Source: Polyangiales bacterium (GTDB lineage: Bacteria > Myxococcota_A > Polyangia > Polyangiales > Polyangiaceae). From it: a stretch of DNA of 64,000 bases. The position numbers and the translations under genes are program-made. Each line of letters opens with the position of its first letter. The stretch's first letter is position 1. The stretch covers positions 32,001-96,000 of the forward strand of contig JBBRLQ010000026.1 in the NCBI GenBank assembly GCA_038231275.1, written 5' to 3'. The notes under the pieces were generated by a model, which searched no databases, was not told the origin of the DNA, and was given only the letters and a program-made list of their open reading frames with translations. Below are positions 9,352 through 18,311 of the stretch, piece after piece.

Positions 9352-10391
9352 GCTGTGCTCGGGTCGTGCGGCGGAAGGGTGAGGTCGCGCAGCGATGCGA
9401 TGAGGCTCTCTCGCTCCAGGGGCTTGCCGAGGAACGCGTCGGCGCCCGCCGCCATCGCGCGCTCGTCGGCGGCGAGGATGCTGAAGACGAGAACTGGTAC
9501 GTCGTGGGTCGTGGGATCCCCCTTGATCAGACGGCAAAGGGCGAGGCCGTCGAGGCGAGGCACGAGGATCTCGGTGACGAGCACCGCCGGTGGGGACGTG
9601 CGCACGCGATCGAGTGCGACGCCGCCGTCGTCGAAGAACTCGACGCCGTAGCGGTTTCCCACGAACTGCTGGACGAGGTGTCGAACGTGCGGATCCCGGT
9701 CGACCACGTAGAGCGTCTTTCGCGCGGAGGCCTCCGCGTGCTCGTCGAGAGCGCCCAAGGAGCCAGGCGTCGGGCCGTGAAGCGCGTCGCTCTCGACAGC
9801 GAGCGTCGATCCGCATGTACAGTTGCGGAGCTCGTAGTGACTCCGGCGGTGCGGGCGCTGCATCCGCCCGCACATCGGCAACGCCAGCCACTGCTTGCGC
9901 GTGAGGTCACGTCCGCAGGCGCAGCGCTTGATCACGTCTCCCTGCACGGCGAAGGTCGGCTCCACATCGCCTGCCCCGACGCGTGCGCGCAGGGCCAGAT
10001 CGAGCGCCGACGCGTCGAAGGGCTTGCAGATGAACGCGTCGCACCCCGCGTCCGTGGCCTCCTGCATCCGCTCCATCCCACGTCCCGTCACCACGACGAT
10101 GATGCACCCGCTGGTGCGCGGATCCGCGCGCAGGCGGCGGGTGGCCTCGATGCCGTCGAAGCCTGGCACAACGACGTCGAGGACGACGGCGTCGGGTCGG
10201 AGCTGGAACGCCGCCTCGAGCCCTCGGGTGCCGTCGGCTTCACCCACCGCCCGGTATCCCAGTTGCTCCAGGCACTCGGTGTACATGAAGCGCAGGTCGT
10301 CGTCGTCCTCCACCACGAGGACGAGCTTGCCAAGCCGCACGGCAGCCGGGACGTCGCGCGTAGAGTCGTGGGTGGGTGAGCTTGTTGGCAT
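9348..10391 (-). CDS. Response regulator with two receiver domains and a central CxC...CxC module
   Basis: REC1 VEDD..VLD..KP; central CACG...CTCG; REC2 VVDRD..VTE..KP. Start uncertain. Confidence 0.85.
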   Translation of the reverse strand: MPTSSPTHDSTRDVPAAVRLGKLVLVVEDDDDLRFMYTECLEQLGYRAVGEADGTRGLEAAFQLRPDAVVLDVVVPGFDGIEATRRLRADPRTSGCIIVVVTGRGMERMQEATDAGCDAFICKPFDASALDLALRARVGAGDVEPTFAVQGDVIKRCACGRDLTRKQWLALPMCGRMQRPHRRSHYELRNCTCGSTLAVESDALHGPTPGSLGALDEHAEASARKTLYVVDRDPHVRHLVQQFVGNRYGVEFFDDGGVALDRVRTSPPAVLVTEILVPRLDGLALCRLIKGDPTTHDVPVLVFSILAADERAMAAGADAFLGKPLERESLIASLRDLTLPPHDPSTA

Positions 10392-10565
10392 CGGTGCGAG
10401 GGGCGGACGCGCGCTGTTCGGTTCGAACGCATGGACCGTACCGGCGCGAAATGTAGGGATTTGTGGCCTCTCGGCAACGTGGAAGCGCAGCAACGCCGCC
10501 ACAATCCTCCGAGTGTGGCGCAAGCGCCGCGCGCCTCGCGCCCTCGCACGGGCGCACTCTGTTGC

Positions 10566-10601
10566 TTGACAATGCTCGTGGCATCACTACAACTGTAGTG
10601 A
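10566..10601 (+). promoter_or_regulatory. Sigma-70 promoter with BlaI/CopY-type operator
   Basis: TTGACA at 10566-71; palindrome TCACTACA-AC-TGTAGTGA at 10584-10601 contains the TACA-N2-TGTA core and overlaps the expected -10. Confidence 0.88.
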
Positions 10602-10634
10602 CAGCACGATGAACGTCGTGACCACGGAGGAGAG

Positions 10635-11024
10635 ATGACGGAGCGTAGGAGAGGGACGATCCACGAGACCGAGTGGGATCTGCTCGAGGTCCTCTGGGCC
10701 AAAGAGCGCGCAACGGCGCGTGAGGTCGGGGAGGCGCTCGCCAAGAAGCGCGGCTGGGCCGTGTCTACGGTGAAGACGCTGCTCGACCGCATGACGCAGA
10801 AGGGCCTCGTCGGCGCTCGGCAGGTCGGGAACGTCTGGGAGTACACGCCCGCCGTTCGCCCCGTCGAGGCGCGCCGCTCGGCGTGGGGGGAGCTGGTCGA
10901 GAAGGCGTTCGGTGGTGCCGTCGCCCCTGCCCTCCACTTCCTCGCCAAGGACGCCAAGCTCTCGAAGAAGGACCTGTCGGAGCTCCGCGCTCTGCTCGAC
11001 ACGAAGGAGAAAGACAATGAGTGA
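10635..11024 (+). CDS. BlaI/MecI/CopY family transcriptional repressor
   Basis: EWDLLEVLW...TVKTLLDRMTQKG...EYTP...LSKKDLSELRALL; GGAGG RBS upstream. Confidence 0.93.
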   Translation: MTERRRGTIHETEWDLLEVLWAKERATAREVGEALAKKRGWAVSTVKTLLDRMTQKGLVGARQVGNVWEYTPAVRPVEARRSAWGELVEKAFGGAVAPALHFLAKDAKLSKKDLSELRALLDTKEKDNE

Positions 11025-12411
11025 CGTCGCGACCGTTCTTGCCTACCTGGAGCCATCCGGCCGCGCGCTCGTGGAGCGGCTCGGCGTCCTCAACATGTGG
11101 ACGGCGGCGCTCCTCGTCGGTGCGCTCTCCGTCGATCGCGCGGTCGCGCGGCGCGCCCGGGCGTCGTGGCGCATCGCGCTCTACGCGCCGGTGGCCCTGC
11201 GTGTCCTCTTGCCAGCGGGGTGGACGCTGCACGTCGCGAGCGCGCCGCGCGTCGAGGCGTTTCTCGCGCCGCTCGCTCGAATCGGGGGGTCCGCGGGCGC
11301 GGACGTCACCGTGGGGACCGCGCCCTCGTGGTACTCGCTCGTCGCGATCGTTTACGTCGCCGTTGGAATCGCGCTCGCCGCCCGGGCGATCCTCGCGCGC
11401 GTTCGCCTCGGGCGCGCGCTCGCCGGAGCGCCGCCGGTGCTCGGCCGCGCGCTCGCCGGCGAGAGGCCCGTCCTCGGCCCGCATCCGGGCGTCCCCTGCC
11501 CCGTCGTGCAGCACGACGAGCTCGGGCCGATGGTCGTCGGGCTCCTCTCACCGCGCGTCGTCCTTCCGCGCCGCCTCCTCGTCGCCGGCGAAGAGCACGC
11601 GCTCGCCTGCGTGCTCCGGCACGAGGTCGCGCACCTGCGCCGCCGGGACGCGTGGCTCTCCGCGGCGCTGCAGCTCCTTTCGATCACGGCGTGGCCGGTC
11701 GTGCCTGTGTGGATCGCCGTCGCGCGCGTGCGTCAGCTCGTCGAGCTCGCGTGCGACGAGGCCGCGGTGGACGGCGCCGACGCCACGGAGCGCAGGCGCT
11801 ACGGTCACACGCTCCTCGACATCGCCGAGTGGCGCGCGCTCATGACGCCGCTCGGCGCGGGCGAGCTCCACTTCGGCTCGACGTTGCGCGCGCGCATCGA
11901 GGCGCTCGGCGCGCGACGCCATTGGCCGTTGGGCCTGCAGGCCATGGTCCTCACCGCCGCGGCCCTCGCGCTCTTCGCGGCGTGCGCGACGACGCCGCCG
12001 AGCGCGTCGGCACCCGCGACGTCGAGCGCCGACGAGGGGTATGGCTACGAGTTCGAGGTGGACAGCGCGAAGGCCGCGGCGTCCTCGCCTGCCAACGCGC
12101 CGATGCCACCGCCGGGCCCCGGGGGTCGCCTCCCGCCCGAGGCCGTACAGAGCGCCGTTCGCGCGCGCTTCCCGGCGATCCAGAGCTGCTACGACGCCGG
12201 ACTCGCCAGAAACCCCAAGCTCGCGGGCACCGTGTCCGTGAGGTTCGTCTTCGGCGAGGACGGCGTGACGCGCGAAGCCGAAGACGCGCGCTCCACGTTG
12301 CCCGACAAGGCCGTGGTCGGCTGCATCACCGCTGAATTCCGCAAGATCACCTACCCCAAGACGCACGCCGGCCTCGTCACCGTCGTCTATCCGATCGCGC
12401 TCGCGCCATGA
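11017..12411 (+). CDS. M56 (BlaR1-like) peptidase with C-terminal AgmX/PglI-like domain
   Basis: TM helices; HEVAHLRRRD and ELACD motifs; C-terminal CYDAGLARNPKLAGTVSVRFVFGEDG. Start overlaps the blaI-like gene end. Confidence 0.88.
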   Translation: MSDVATVLAYLEPSGRALVERLGVLNMWTAALLVGALSVDRAVARRARASWRIALYAPVALRVLLPAGWTLHVASAPRVEAFLAPLARIGGSAGADVTVGTAPSWYSLVAIVYVAVGIALAARAILARVRLGRALAGAPPVLGRALAGERPVLGPHPGVPCPVVQHDELGPMVVGLLSPRVVLPRRLLVAGEEHALACVLRHEVAHLRRRDAWLSAALQLLSITAWPVVPVWIAVARVRQLVELACDEAAVDGADATERRRYGHTLLDIAEWRALMTPLGAGELHFGSTLRARIEALGARRHWPLGLQAMVLTAAALALFAACATTPPSASAPATSSADEGYGYEFEVDSAKAAASSPANAPMPPPGPGGRLPPEAVQSAVRARFPAIQSCYDAGLARNPKLAGTVSVRFVFGEDGVTREAEDARSTLPDKAVVGCITAEFRKITYPKTHAGLVTVVYPIALAP

Positions 12412-12504
12412 CGGCGGGCCCCGACGAGCGTCACGGCGCGCGGAACGACGAGAACGGGCCTTCGTATCGCACGCTCCGCGAGGCCGCCCAAGAGGTGGCG
12501 CGTG

Positions 12505-13842
12505 TTACTTCGGGCCCGGCTGAGGCACGGTCACGACGCCACTCGCGCCGCTCGCGACCCACTGGAAATCGTCGACCAGCGCGGTCGAGTCATACTGCGC
12601 GTTGCCGGCGTCCCAGATCGCGAAACGCACTGTGATGATGCTGCCGGCTTTGGCAGGCGCCTGCGTTTGCAGCCATCGCGTCGCGCCGGACGGTCCGACG
12701 GCGGTGTGCCACACGTCGTAGCCGGTCCCCGCGAGATCGCCGAGGCCGAGCGGGCAGTAAGGGCTCGGCGTGGCCGGGCACGCGCCGCCGCCGGACTTGC
12801 AGTGCGTCGCAAAGCGCGCGGGCGTGCTCGGATCGCACGCGTCGAAGTACCCGACGTTCACGCTGACGGGGTGGTTCTTGCTGTCGAACGAGATGTTGCC
12901 CCACGTCGAGCCCGCGGGCACGTACGCGCCGGCGGGCGGCGGCGTCACGAGGGCGACGAACTGATCGTTGTACCCGTTCTTGTCGCAGACCCAGTCGGGG
13001 AACTCGAAGGAGTAGAACTTGAAACTGAACGAGTAGCCCGTCGCGTTGGTGGGCACGCGCATCTTCAGCTCGAGGGCGACGTCGTCGGCGATGACCTTGG
13101 TCGGCGGGCACGCGGGATCGTCCTGCGGGAAGCCGGTGGGCGCGGTGCCCGTCGCGTTGATCTGGCAAGAGATGCCGTTGCACGCGCCGGTCTCGCCGAC
13201 GACGCGCGCGTGCCCGCTGGAGAGCGCGAGCAGGTTGGCGCCGCCTTGCGGGTGCACGTTCGTGCCGAACGTCCCGTGGATCCCGATCTGCAGACCCGGC
13301 GCGGCGAACGGCGTTCCGTCGGCGCGTACGTACGCGGCAGAGATGACGCCGTATTTGCGGTCGGCGTCAGTCGCCTTCGCGCAGAGCTCGATCGCCTTGG
13401 CGCCGCTCATCGGATCGACGTCGGTGAGCGCGAGGCCCGTGTCGCATGCTTGCGCGGAGTCGCCCGGTTTGCCGCTGCAGTCCTCGTCGCCCCACGTAGG
13501 CGGGCCTGCGTCGGGCGTATGGAGCACGTCGATCGCGCCGGGGTTCACGTTGGGATCGCAGTCGTTGCAGTCGCCCTGGCTCGGCGAGAACCCGTCCTTG
13601 TCGAGGTCGGCGTTGGGATCGCTGCTCACGCAAGGGCCGCCGCCGCCGGGGCCGCCGTCGTTTCCGAACGCGGGGCCACCATCGCCGCCACCCGGCCCGC
13701 CCCCTCCGCCGTCACCACCCCCGCCGCCGACGCTCGCGTCGTCGTCCGTGAACCCGGCCTTCCCGCCGTTCGAGCAGGCGACGCCGAGCACCATCACGAT
13801 GAGGCCCAAAGCCGACGACGATGAACGCATGACGGACCTCAC
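12505..13842 (-). CDS. Lipoprotein with MopE-related metal-binding motif and choice-of-anchor-L-like domain
   Basis: Lipobox LGVAC; DLDKDGF..GDCNDCDPNVNPGA; FSFKFYSFEFPDWVC..YNDQF; IWDAGNAQYDSTALVD. Confidence 0.75.
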   Translation of the reverse strand: MRSVMRSSSSALGLIVMVLGVACSNGGKAGFTDDDASVGGGGGDGGGGGPGGGDGGPAFGNDGGPGGGGPCVSSDPNADLDKDGFSPSQGDCNDCDPNVNPGAIDVLHTPDAGPPTWGDEDCSGKPGDSAQACDTGLALTDVDPMSGAKAIELCAKATDADRKYGVISAAYVRADGTPFAAPGLQIGIHGTFGTNVHPQGGANLLALSSGHARVVGETGACNGISCQINATGTAPTGFPQDDPACPPTKVIADDVALELKMRVPTNATGYSFSFKFYSFEFPDWVCDKNGYNDQFVALVTPPPAGAYVPAGSTWGNISFDSKNHPVSVNVGYFDACDPSTPARFATHCKSGGGACPATPSPYCPLGLGDLAGTGYDVWHTAVGPSGATRWLQTQAPAKAGSIITVRFAIWDAGNAQYDSTALVDDFQWVASGASGVVTVPQPGPK

Positions 13843-14990
13843 TTCGGCGGAGCGGGAACGATCCAGAGACGCGCGCCGAGACCGTCGAGGACGTACGCGT
13901 TCCCGGCGTCGTCGGCGACCGTGTTACGGGTACCCGCGGAGGTCGCGGCAGTGGCGACCAGCGTAAGCTGCCCCTTGTCGTCTACGTGGACGACGCTGAG
14001 CTTCGCCACCTTGCCCGCGACGGCGTAGACGTTCCCGAGCGCGGCGACGTAGTCGATGTTGTCGACGCCCGCGCCGGTATCCATCTTGCCGAGCGGCGCG
14101 CCTTCGTGACCGGCGTCGAGCACCTGGAGATGATCGGTGCACGCGACGATGAGGAAATTCCGCGCCGCGTCGACCGCGATTCCGCGCGGCCCTTCGGCGC
14201 CGCAGCCCGGCGCGTACGTCGCCTTCGCGACGTGTGTCTTCACGTCCACAACGACCGTCTTGTCCTTGTCCTCGAGGTTCGTGAAAAAGAGGCCGCGAGT
14301 CTCGTCGATGGCGTAGCCCTCGGTCTCGCCGTCGAACTTGATGACGAGCTTGGGCTTCAGCGTGTCGGGCTTCGACGCGTCGAGCACCGTGATCGAGTGA
14401 TCGCGCGGGGTCGTGACCCAGACCTCCTTGGTCGACGCCACGTACGCGACGCCGTCCGAGGGAGACGCGACCTTGAGGCACTTGCCGAGCTTCATCGACT
14501 TCGCGTCGACCGCGCAGATCTCGCTCGTCGCGCGGTTGCCGACGTAGACGTAGCCGTCGCCGACGAACGCGGCGCTCGGGCCGACGAGGCGCTTCTTGCC
14601 GCGGATCTCGCGCTCACCGGTCTTGAAGCCGTCGACGCGCGCGAACGCGTTGGCTGCGAGGTCGAGGACGTCGACGCTCCCGGTATCGCCGACCGGCACC
14701 CAGACGCGCCCGCGCGCGCGATCGATCGCGAGGTAGTCGACGCTCACCGGCGCCGTCGCACCCGGCAGCGCGAGCGACGTCGCGGTGAGTTGAGGCGGAG
14801 CCGGCGGCGCTGGCGGACCGGCGTCGACGGCGTCCGGCGCCTTCGCGATCGGCGGCGCGGGCTCTGGCATCGAAGGCGTCGTCGTGGGCGTGGGCACGGC
14901 CGGCGCAGGACCCGCAGGCGTCTCGCCGCCGCACGCTGCTGCGAGACACGAGAGCGCGACGAGCGAGCGACCGAATTTCATGCGCGACAT
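13839..14990 (-). CDS. YncE-like beta-propeller lipoprotein
   Basis: Lipobox LAAAC, Pro-rich linker, repeated blade motifs (GPRGIAVD, GVDNIDY). Confidence 0.8.
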   Translation of the reverse strand: MSRMKFGRSLVALSCLAAACGGETPAGPAPAVPTPTTTPSMPEPAPPIAKAPDAVDAGPPAPPAPPQLTATSLALPGATAPVSVDYLAIDRARGRVWVPVGDTGSVDVLDLAANAFARVDGFKTGEREIRGKKRLVGPSAAFVGDGYVYVGNRATSEICAVDAKSMKLGKCLKVASPSDGVAYVASTKEVWVTTPRDHSITVLDASKPDTLKPKLVIKFDGETEGYAIDETRGLFFTNLEDKDKTVVVDVKTHVAKATYAPGCGAEGPRGIAVDAARNFLIVACTDHLQVLDAGHEGAPLGKMDTGAGVDNIDYVAALGNVYAVAGKVAKLSVVHVDDKGQLTLVATAATSAGTRNTVADDAGNAYVLDGLGARLWIVPAPPK

Positions 14991-15221
14991 CTAACCCGAA
15001 CCTCCGAGCGCACGGCGAGCGAATTCGACGCCTCGCCTTCGGGCCGATCGAGACGCAGATTCGTCGTCTGCTCCTTTGACCTACACGGCACGCGCACCCG
15101 CCGGCAGCGCGCGGTTCCATCGCGCGTGCTTCGCGCGTCCCCACGATCCAGATCGCAGGTCGCGACGTGGATCGCGCGCGACTCACGGCACCAAGCATGG
15201 AAAATTGCAGGGGTTGCGGTC

Positions 15222-15237
15222 AGGCACATCGGTTGCT
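15222..15237 (+). promoter_or_regulatory. Putative sigma-54 promoter
   Basis: AGGCACA-TCGG-TTGCT with GG at 15223-24 and GC at 15235-36; close to TGGCAC-N5-TTGC. Confidence 0.65.
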
Positions 15238-15249
15238 CAGGCGTGCAGG

Positions 15250-16920
15250 ATGCCGCGTTCCTTACGACTCGTCGCGCTTTGGTCCTTCTTCGTCGTCTTC
15301 GTCGCGTGCGGCGCTCCGTCCCATGGGGACGAGGAGTCCGTCGGCTCGACGGACTCCGCGCTCGTCACCGCCACCGGCGTCGACTACTCGTTCGCGCGCC
15401 CTTCGCCCGCGGGCCTCCACGCCGACGGCTATACGTTCGCGGCGCGCTACTTGAGCCACGACCCGCCGAAGGATCTGACGAAAGGCGAGGCCGACGCGCT
15501 GTGGGCCAACAAGGTCGATGTCGTCGCGAACTGGGAAGCGACCGCCGGCGGCGCGCTCAACGGTCACGCGCAGGGCGTCGCCGACGCGCAAGCGGCAGAG
15601 GCCGAAGCCAAGGCCGCAGGAATGCCGGCCGGTCGACCGATCTACTTCAGCGTCGACTTCGACGCGACGCCGGGCCAGCAGGCGGCGTTGAACGCGTACT
15701 TCGATGGCGTCGGCTCGGTCATCGGCGTCACGCGCGCCGGCGCGTATGGCGGCTACTACGTCATCCAGCGCCTCTTCGACGCCGGCAAGATCAAGTGGGG
15801 CTGGCAAACGTACGCGTGGTCGGGCGGCCAGTGGGAGCCGCGCGCGCAGCTCCGGCAGGTGCAGAACGGGATCACCGCGGCCGGCGACGGCGCGTGCTGC
15901 GACAAGGATCAAGCGGTCGCCGCCGACTTCGGTCAGTGGCACGCCGCTCCCGCCGACCTGGCCCCGCGCGGCGCGTTCGACAGCGCAGCCTGCGCCGGCC
16001 TCGCCGGCTGGTCGCAGGATCAGAACGCGCCGACGACGGCGAACGGCGTGGAACTGTCGTTCAACGCCGCCGCGGGCGCCGCCGGATCGGAGGCTGTTCG
16101 CCTCGTCGCGTCGGTGAACCGTAAAGATCTCTGCACGCCGCTCGGCTCGTGCGACCACGGCTTCACGTTCGAGATGCCGCTCGGCGTCCAAGACGGCAAA
16201 CCGCACGCGGTGCACGCGTACGGCATCGACACCGCCGGCGGCCCGAGCACCGAGCTGACGGGAAGCCCCAAGTCGCTCCAGTGCCCCTACGCGACGCCGC
16301 CGCTGGACGCGACGGGCGGCATCAAGCGCCACGTTCTCGATGCGGCCGCGATGAAGGCGTGGGGGTTCTCGTCGCTCCTCGATGTCGCGCCGCAACCGGA
16401 CGCCGTCCTCACCGGCTTCGCGGCCGGCGCGGATTGGACCGAAAAGCCCGCGTTGATCCAGGCCGACGACGGTTCGCCGTCTGTGTGGCTCCTCGACGGG
16501 AACATTCGCCGTCACGTCGTCAGCGGGGCGTCCCTCGCCGCGTGGCACCGCACGTTCGCCGAGGTCGTGAAGACGCCGGCCGCCAAGGTGAACGCGTACG
16601 CGCAAGGGCCCGACCTTCCGACGAAGCCGTTCCTCATGATCGGCAGCGGCCCCGCGGTGTACGTCCTCGACGCCGATCCGAGCACGCCGCCGGGCCCGGT
16701 CGATCCGGACGCCGGCGCGCCCGGTGGTCCTGGAACGCCCGGTACTCCCGGGGCTCCTGGTTCCGGCGGTCCGTCGGCGAGCCCCGATCCCGGCAACGCC
16801 GATGGCGCGCACTCGAGTGGGTGCAGCGCACATGGACGTGCGCCGGCGACGGACCTGGGGTGGATGCTGGGGCTCGCCGTCGCGTTGGCGACGCTCGGAC
16901 GCCGTCGGCGCGCGGTCTGA
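15250..16920 (+). CDS. DUF1906 (GH25-like) domain protein with MYXO-CTERM sorting signal
   Basis: Lipobox-like FVAC; GVDYS..FAARYL..NWE..IYFSVDFD..WQTYAWS; C-terminus SSGCS...WMLGLAVALATLGRRRRAV. Confidence 0.85.
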   Translation: MPRSLRLVALWSFFVVFVACGAPSHGDEESVGSTDSALVTATGVDYSFARPSPAGLHADGYTFAARYLSHDPPKDLTKGEADALWANKVDVVANWEATAGGALNGHAQGVADAQAAEAEAKAAGMPAGRPIYFSVDFDATPGQQAALNAYFDGVGSVIGVTRAGAYGGYYVIQRLFDAGKIKWGWQTYAWSGGQWEPRAQLRQVQNGITAAGDGACCDKDQAVAADFGQWHAAPADLAPRGAFDSAACAGLAGWSQDQNAPTTANGVELSFNAAAGAAGSEAVRLVASVNRKDLCTPLGSCDHGFTFEMPLGVQDGKPHAVHAYGIDTAGGPSTELTGSPKSLQCPYATPPLDATGGIKRHVLDAAAMKAWGFSSLLDVAPQPDAVLTGFAAGADWTEKPALIQADDGSPSVWLLDGNIRRHVVSGASLAAWHRTFAEVVKTPAAKVNAYAQGPDLPTKPFLMIGSGPAVYVLDADPSTPPGPVDPDAGAPGGPGTPGTPGAPGSGGPSASPDPGNADGAHSSGCSAHGRAPATDLGWMLGLAVALATLGRRRRAV

Positions 16921-17064
16921 GCGCGATTGCCGCGCGTCACGGCGTCAGCGCGTTGACGCGTAGGTGCGCGGGACGATGAATCTTTCGTCTTGAGGCACGC
17001 GGCGCTTAGGTCGCGGCGAGAGAGGTCGTTTTTCTTGGTGAACCCTCCGCCAAGGACTAGACCC

Positions 17065-17469
17065 ATGCCCTCCCTCTCCCCGCTCTCGAGCTTCACGTTT
17101 GCCGCATTCGTCGCCACCTTCGCCCTCGCCGGCTGCGGCGGCGCGCCGCAATCCGACGCCGAAGCCCACGCCACCGACACCGCTTCGGCGGCCCTCGCGA
17201 CGCCGGCGCCCCGCGCCCACGCCGTTCACGCGGTCCACGCCGCGCCGATCGGCGACTTCGAGATTCAGCCCCCGATGCCGCCGACGCCGTTTCCCCCGCC
17301 GGCGCCCATCTGCCTCGACTTCCATCCCTGCATGGATGGTTTCGTCTTCGACAGCTCGCCCGACGTCTGCTCCTGCGTGACCGCGCCGTGCGTGCAGTTC
17401 GCGCAGTGCATGAAGGGCTCGACCTACGACTCGACGCCCGGCGTCTGCGCCTGCGTCTCCGCGGGCTGA
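17065..17469 (+). CDS. Small Cys-rich lipoprotein
   Basis: Lipobox LAGC; two repeats of C-x5-C-x2-G-x2-[FY]DS-x-P-x-VC-x-CV. Confidence 0.75.
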   Translation: MPSLSPLSSFTFAAFVATFALAGCGGAPQSDAEAHATDTASAALATPAPRAHAVHAVHAAPIGDFEIQPPMPPTPFPPPAPICLDFHPCMDGFVFDSSPDVCSCVTAPCVQFAQCMKGSTYDSTPGVCACVSAG

Positions 17470-17515
17470 GCCTGCTTGCGCGCGCCGCATCGTCGTGGTG
17501 ATGTGCCCGGCTCCA

Positions 17516-17719
17516 ATGAGCACACTCATCGAGATGCAGGCCTCGCACAACGGGAGGATGCTGGAACGCGCGATTCGGCTCGACGCCGTCCCGCGCGTCG
17601 GCACGCTCGTCTTCATCCAAGGGCACAGCAAGCACAACCTCAGGGTGAAGCAGGTGCTTTACCGCGACGGCGGCGGAATCACGCTGCTCCTCGGTGACGA
17701 CGAAGAGTCGTGGACCTGA
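17516..17719 (+). CDS. Small hypothetical protein
   Basis: 67 aa beta-rich ORF with good codon usage; overlaps the next gene by 10 nt. Confidence 0.55.
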   Translation: MSTLIEMQASHNGRMLERAIRLDAVPRVGTLVFIQGHSKHNLRVKQVLYRDGGGITLLLGDDEESWT

Positions 17720-18291
17720 CCCACGAGGCCGCCATGAACGCCGCGATGGCGGAGGCGGAGCGTGCACGTGGCAGCACCGGCGACAACCCGTGGGTCGGTA
17801 GCGTCATCGTCGCCGGCGGACACATCGTCGCGCGCGGCCACACGCAAGGCCCCGGCGAGGACCACGCGGAGATCGGCGCGCTGCGTGAGGCCCGTGCCGC
17901 CGGCGTCGCCCTGACGAGCGCGGTGCTCTACTCGACCCTCGAGCCATGCTCGTTCCACGGCCGGACGCCCGCGTGCGCGAAGGTCATCGCCGAGAGCGGC
18001 GTCCGCACGCTCGTCACCGGCATTCGCGATCCGAACCCGCGAGTCGACGGCGCCGGCGTGGCCATCGTGCGCGCGGCCGGCGTCGAGGTCGTCGAGGACG
18101 TGTGCGATGCGGCCATCCGCCTCCAGCTCGGCGCGTGGATCGTGCATTTCCATCCGCACGAACCGCTGAGGCGCGCCCGCGCGATGCTCCCGCTGGCCGA
18201 CGACGCGATGGCAGACGCGCTCCGGAGCGTCTATGGCGTCGACATCGCGACCGCCCGCGACCTCGCACGACGCGCGCGCGCCGTGTCGTGA
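17710..18291 (+). CDS. RibD-type pyrimidine deaminase domain protein, no reductase domain
   Basis: NPWVG, HAE, STLEPCSFHGRTPAC, DPNPRVDGAG. Confidence 0.85.
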   Translation: MDLTHEAAMNAAMAEAERARGSTGDNPWVGSVIVAGGHIVARGHTQGPGEDHAEIGALREARAAGVALTSAVLYSTLEPCSFHGRTPACAKVIAESGVRTLVTGIRDPNPRVDGAGVAIVRAAGVEVVEDVCDAAIRLQLGAWIVHFHPHEPLRRARAMLPLADDAMADALRSVYGVDIATARDLARRARAVS

Positions 18292-18311
18292 CGCGGTCCT
18301 TCGCCTCGCCT

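Noticed and set aside
7954..9891. Apparent long N-terminal extensions in the ORF track (KaiC-like 645 aa, Gfo 788 aa, GT2 780 aa, DUF1839 447 aa, HemK-like 422 aa)
   Set aside because: The extensions overlap upstream genes in other frames; real starts sit at ATGA/GTGA overlaps, so these are not fusions.
10635..12411. Beta-lactam resistance locus
   Set aside because: No penicillin-binding sensor domain and no beta-lactamase nearby.
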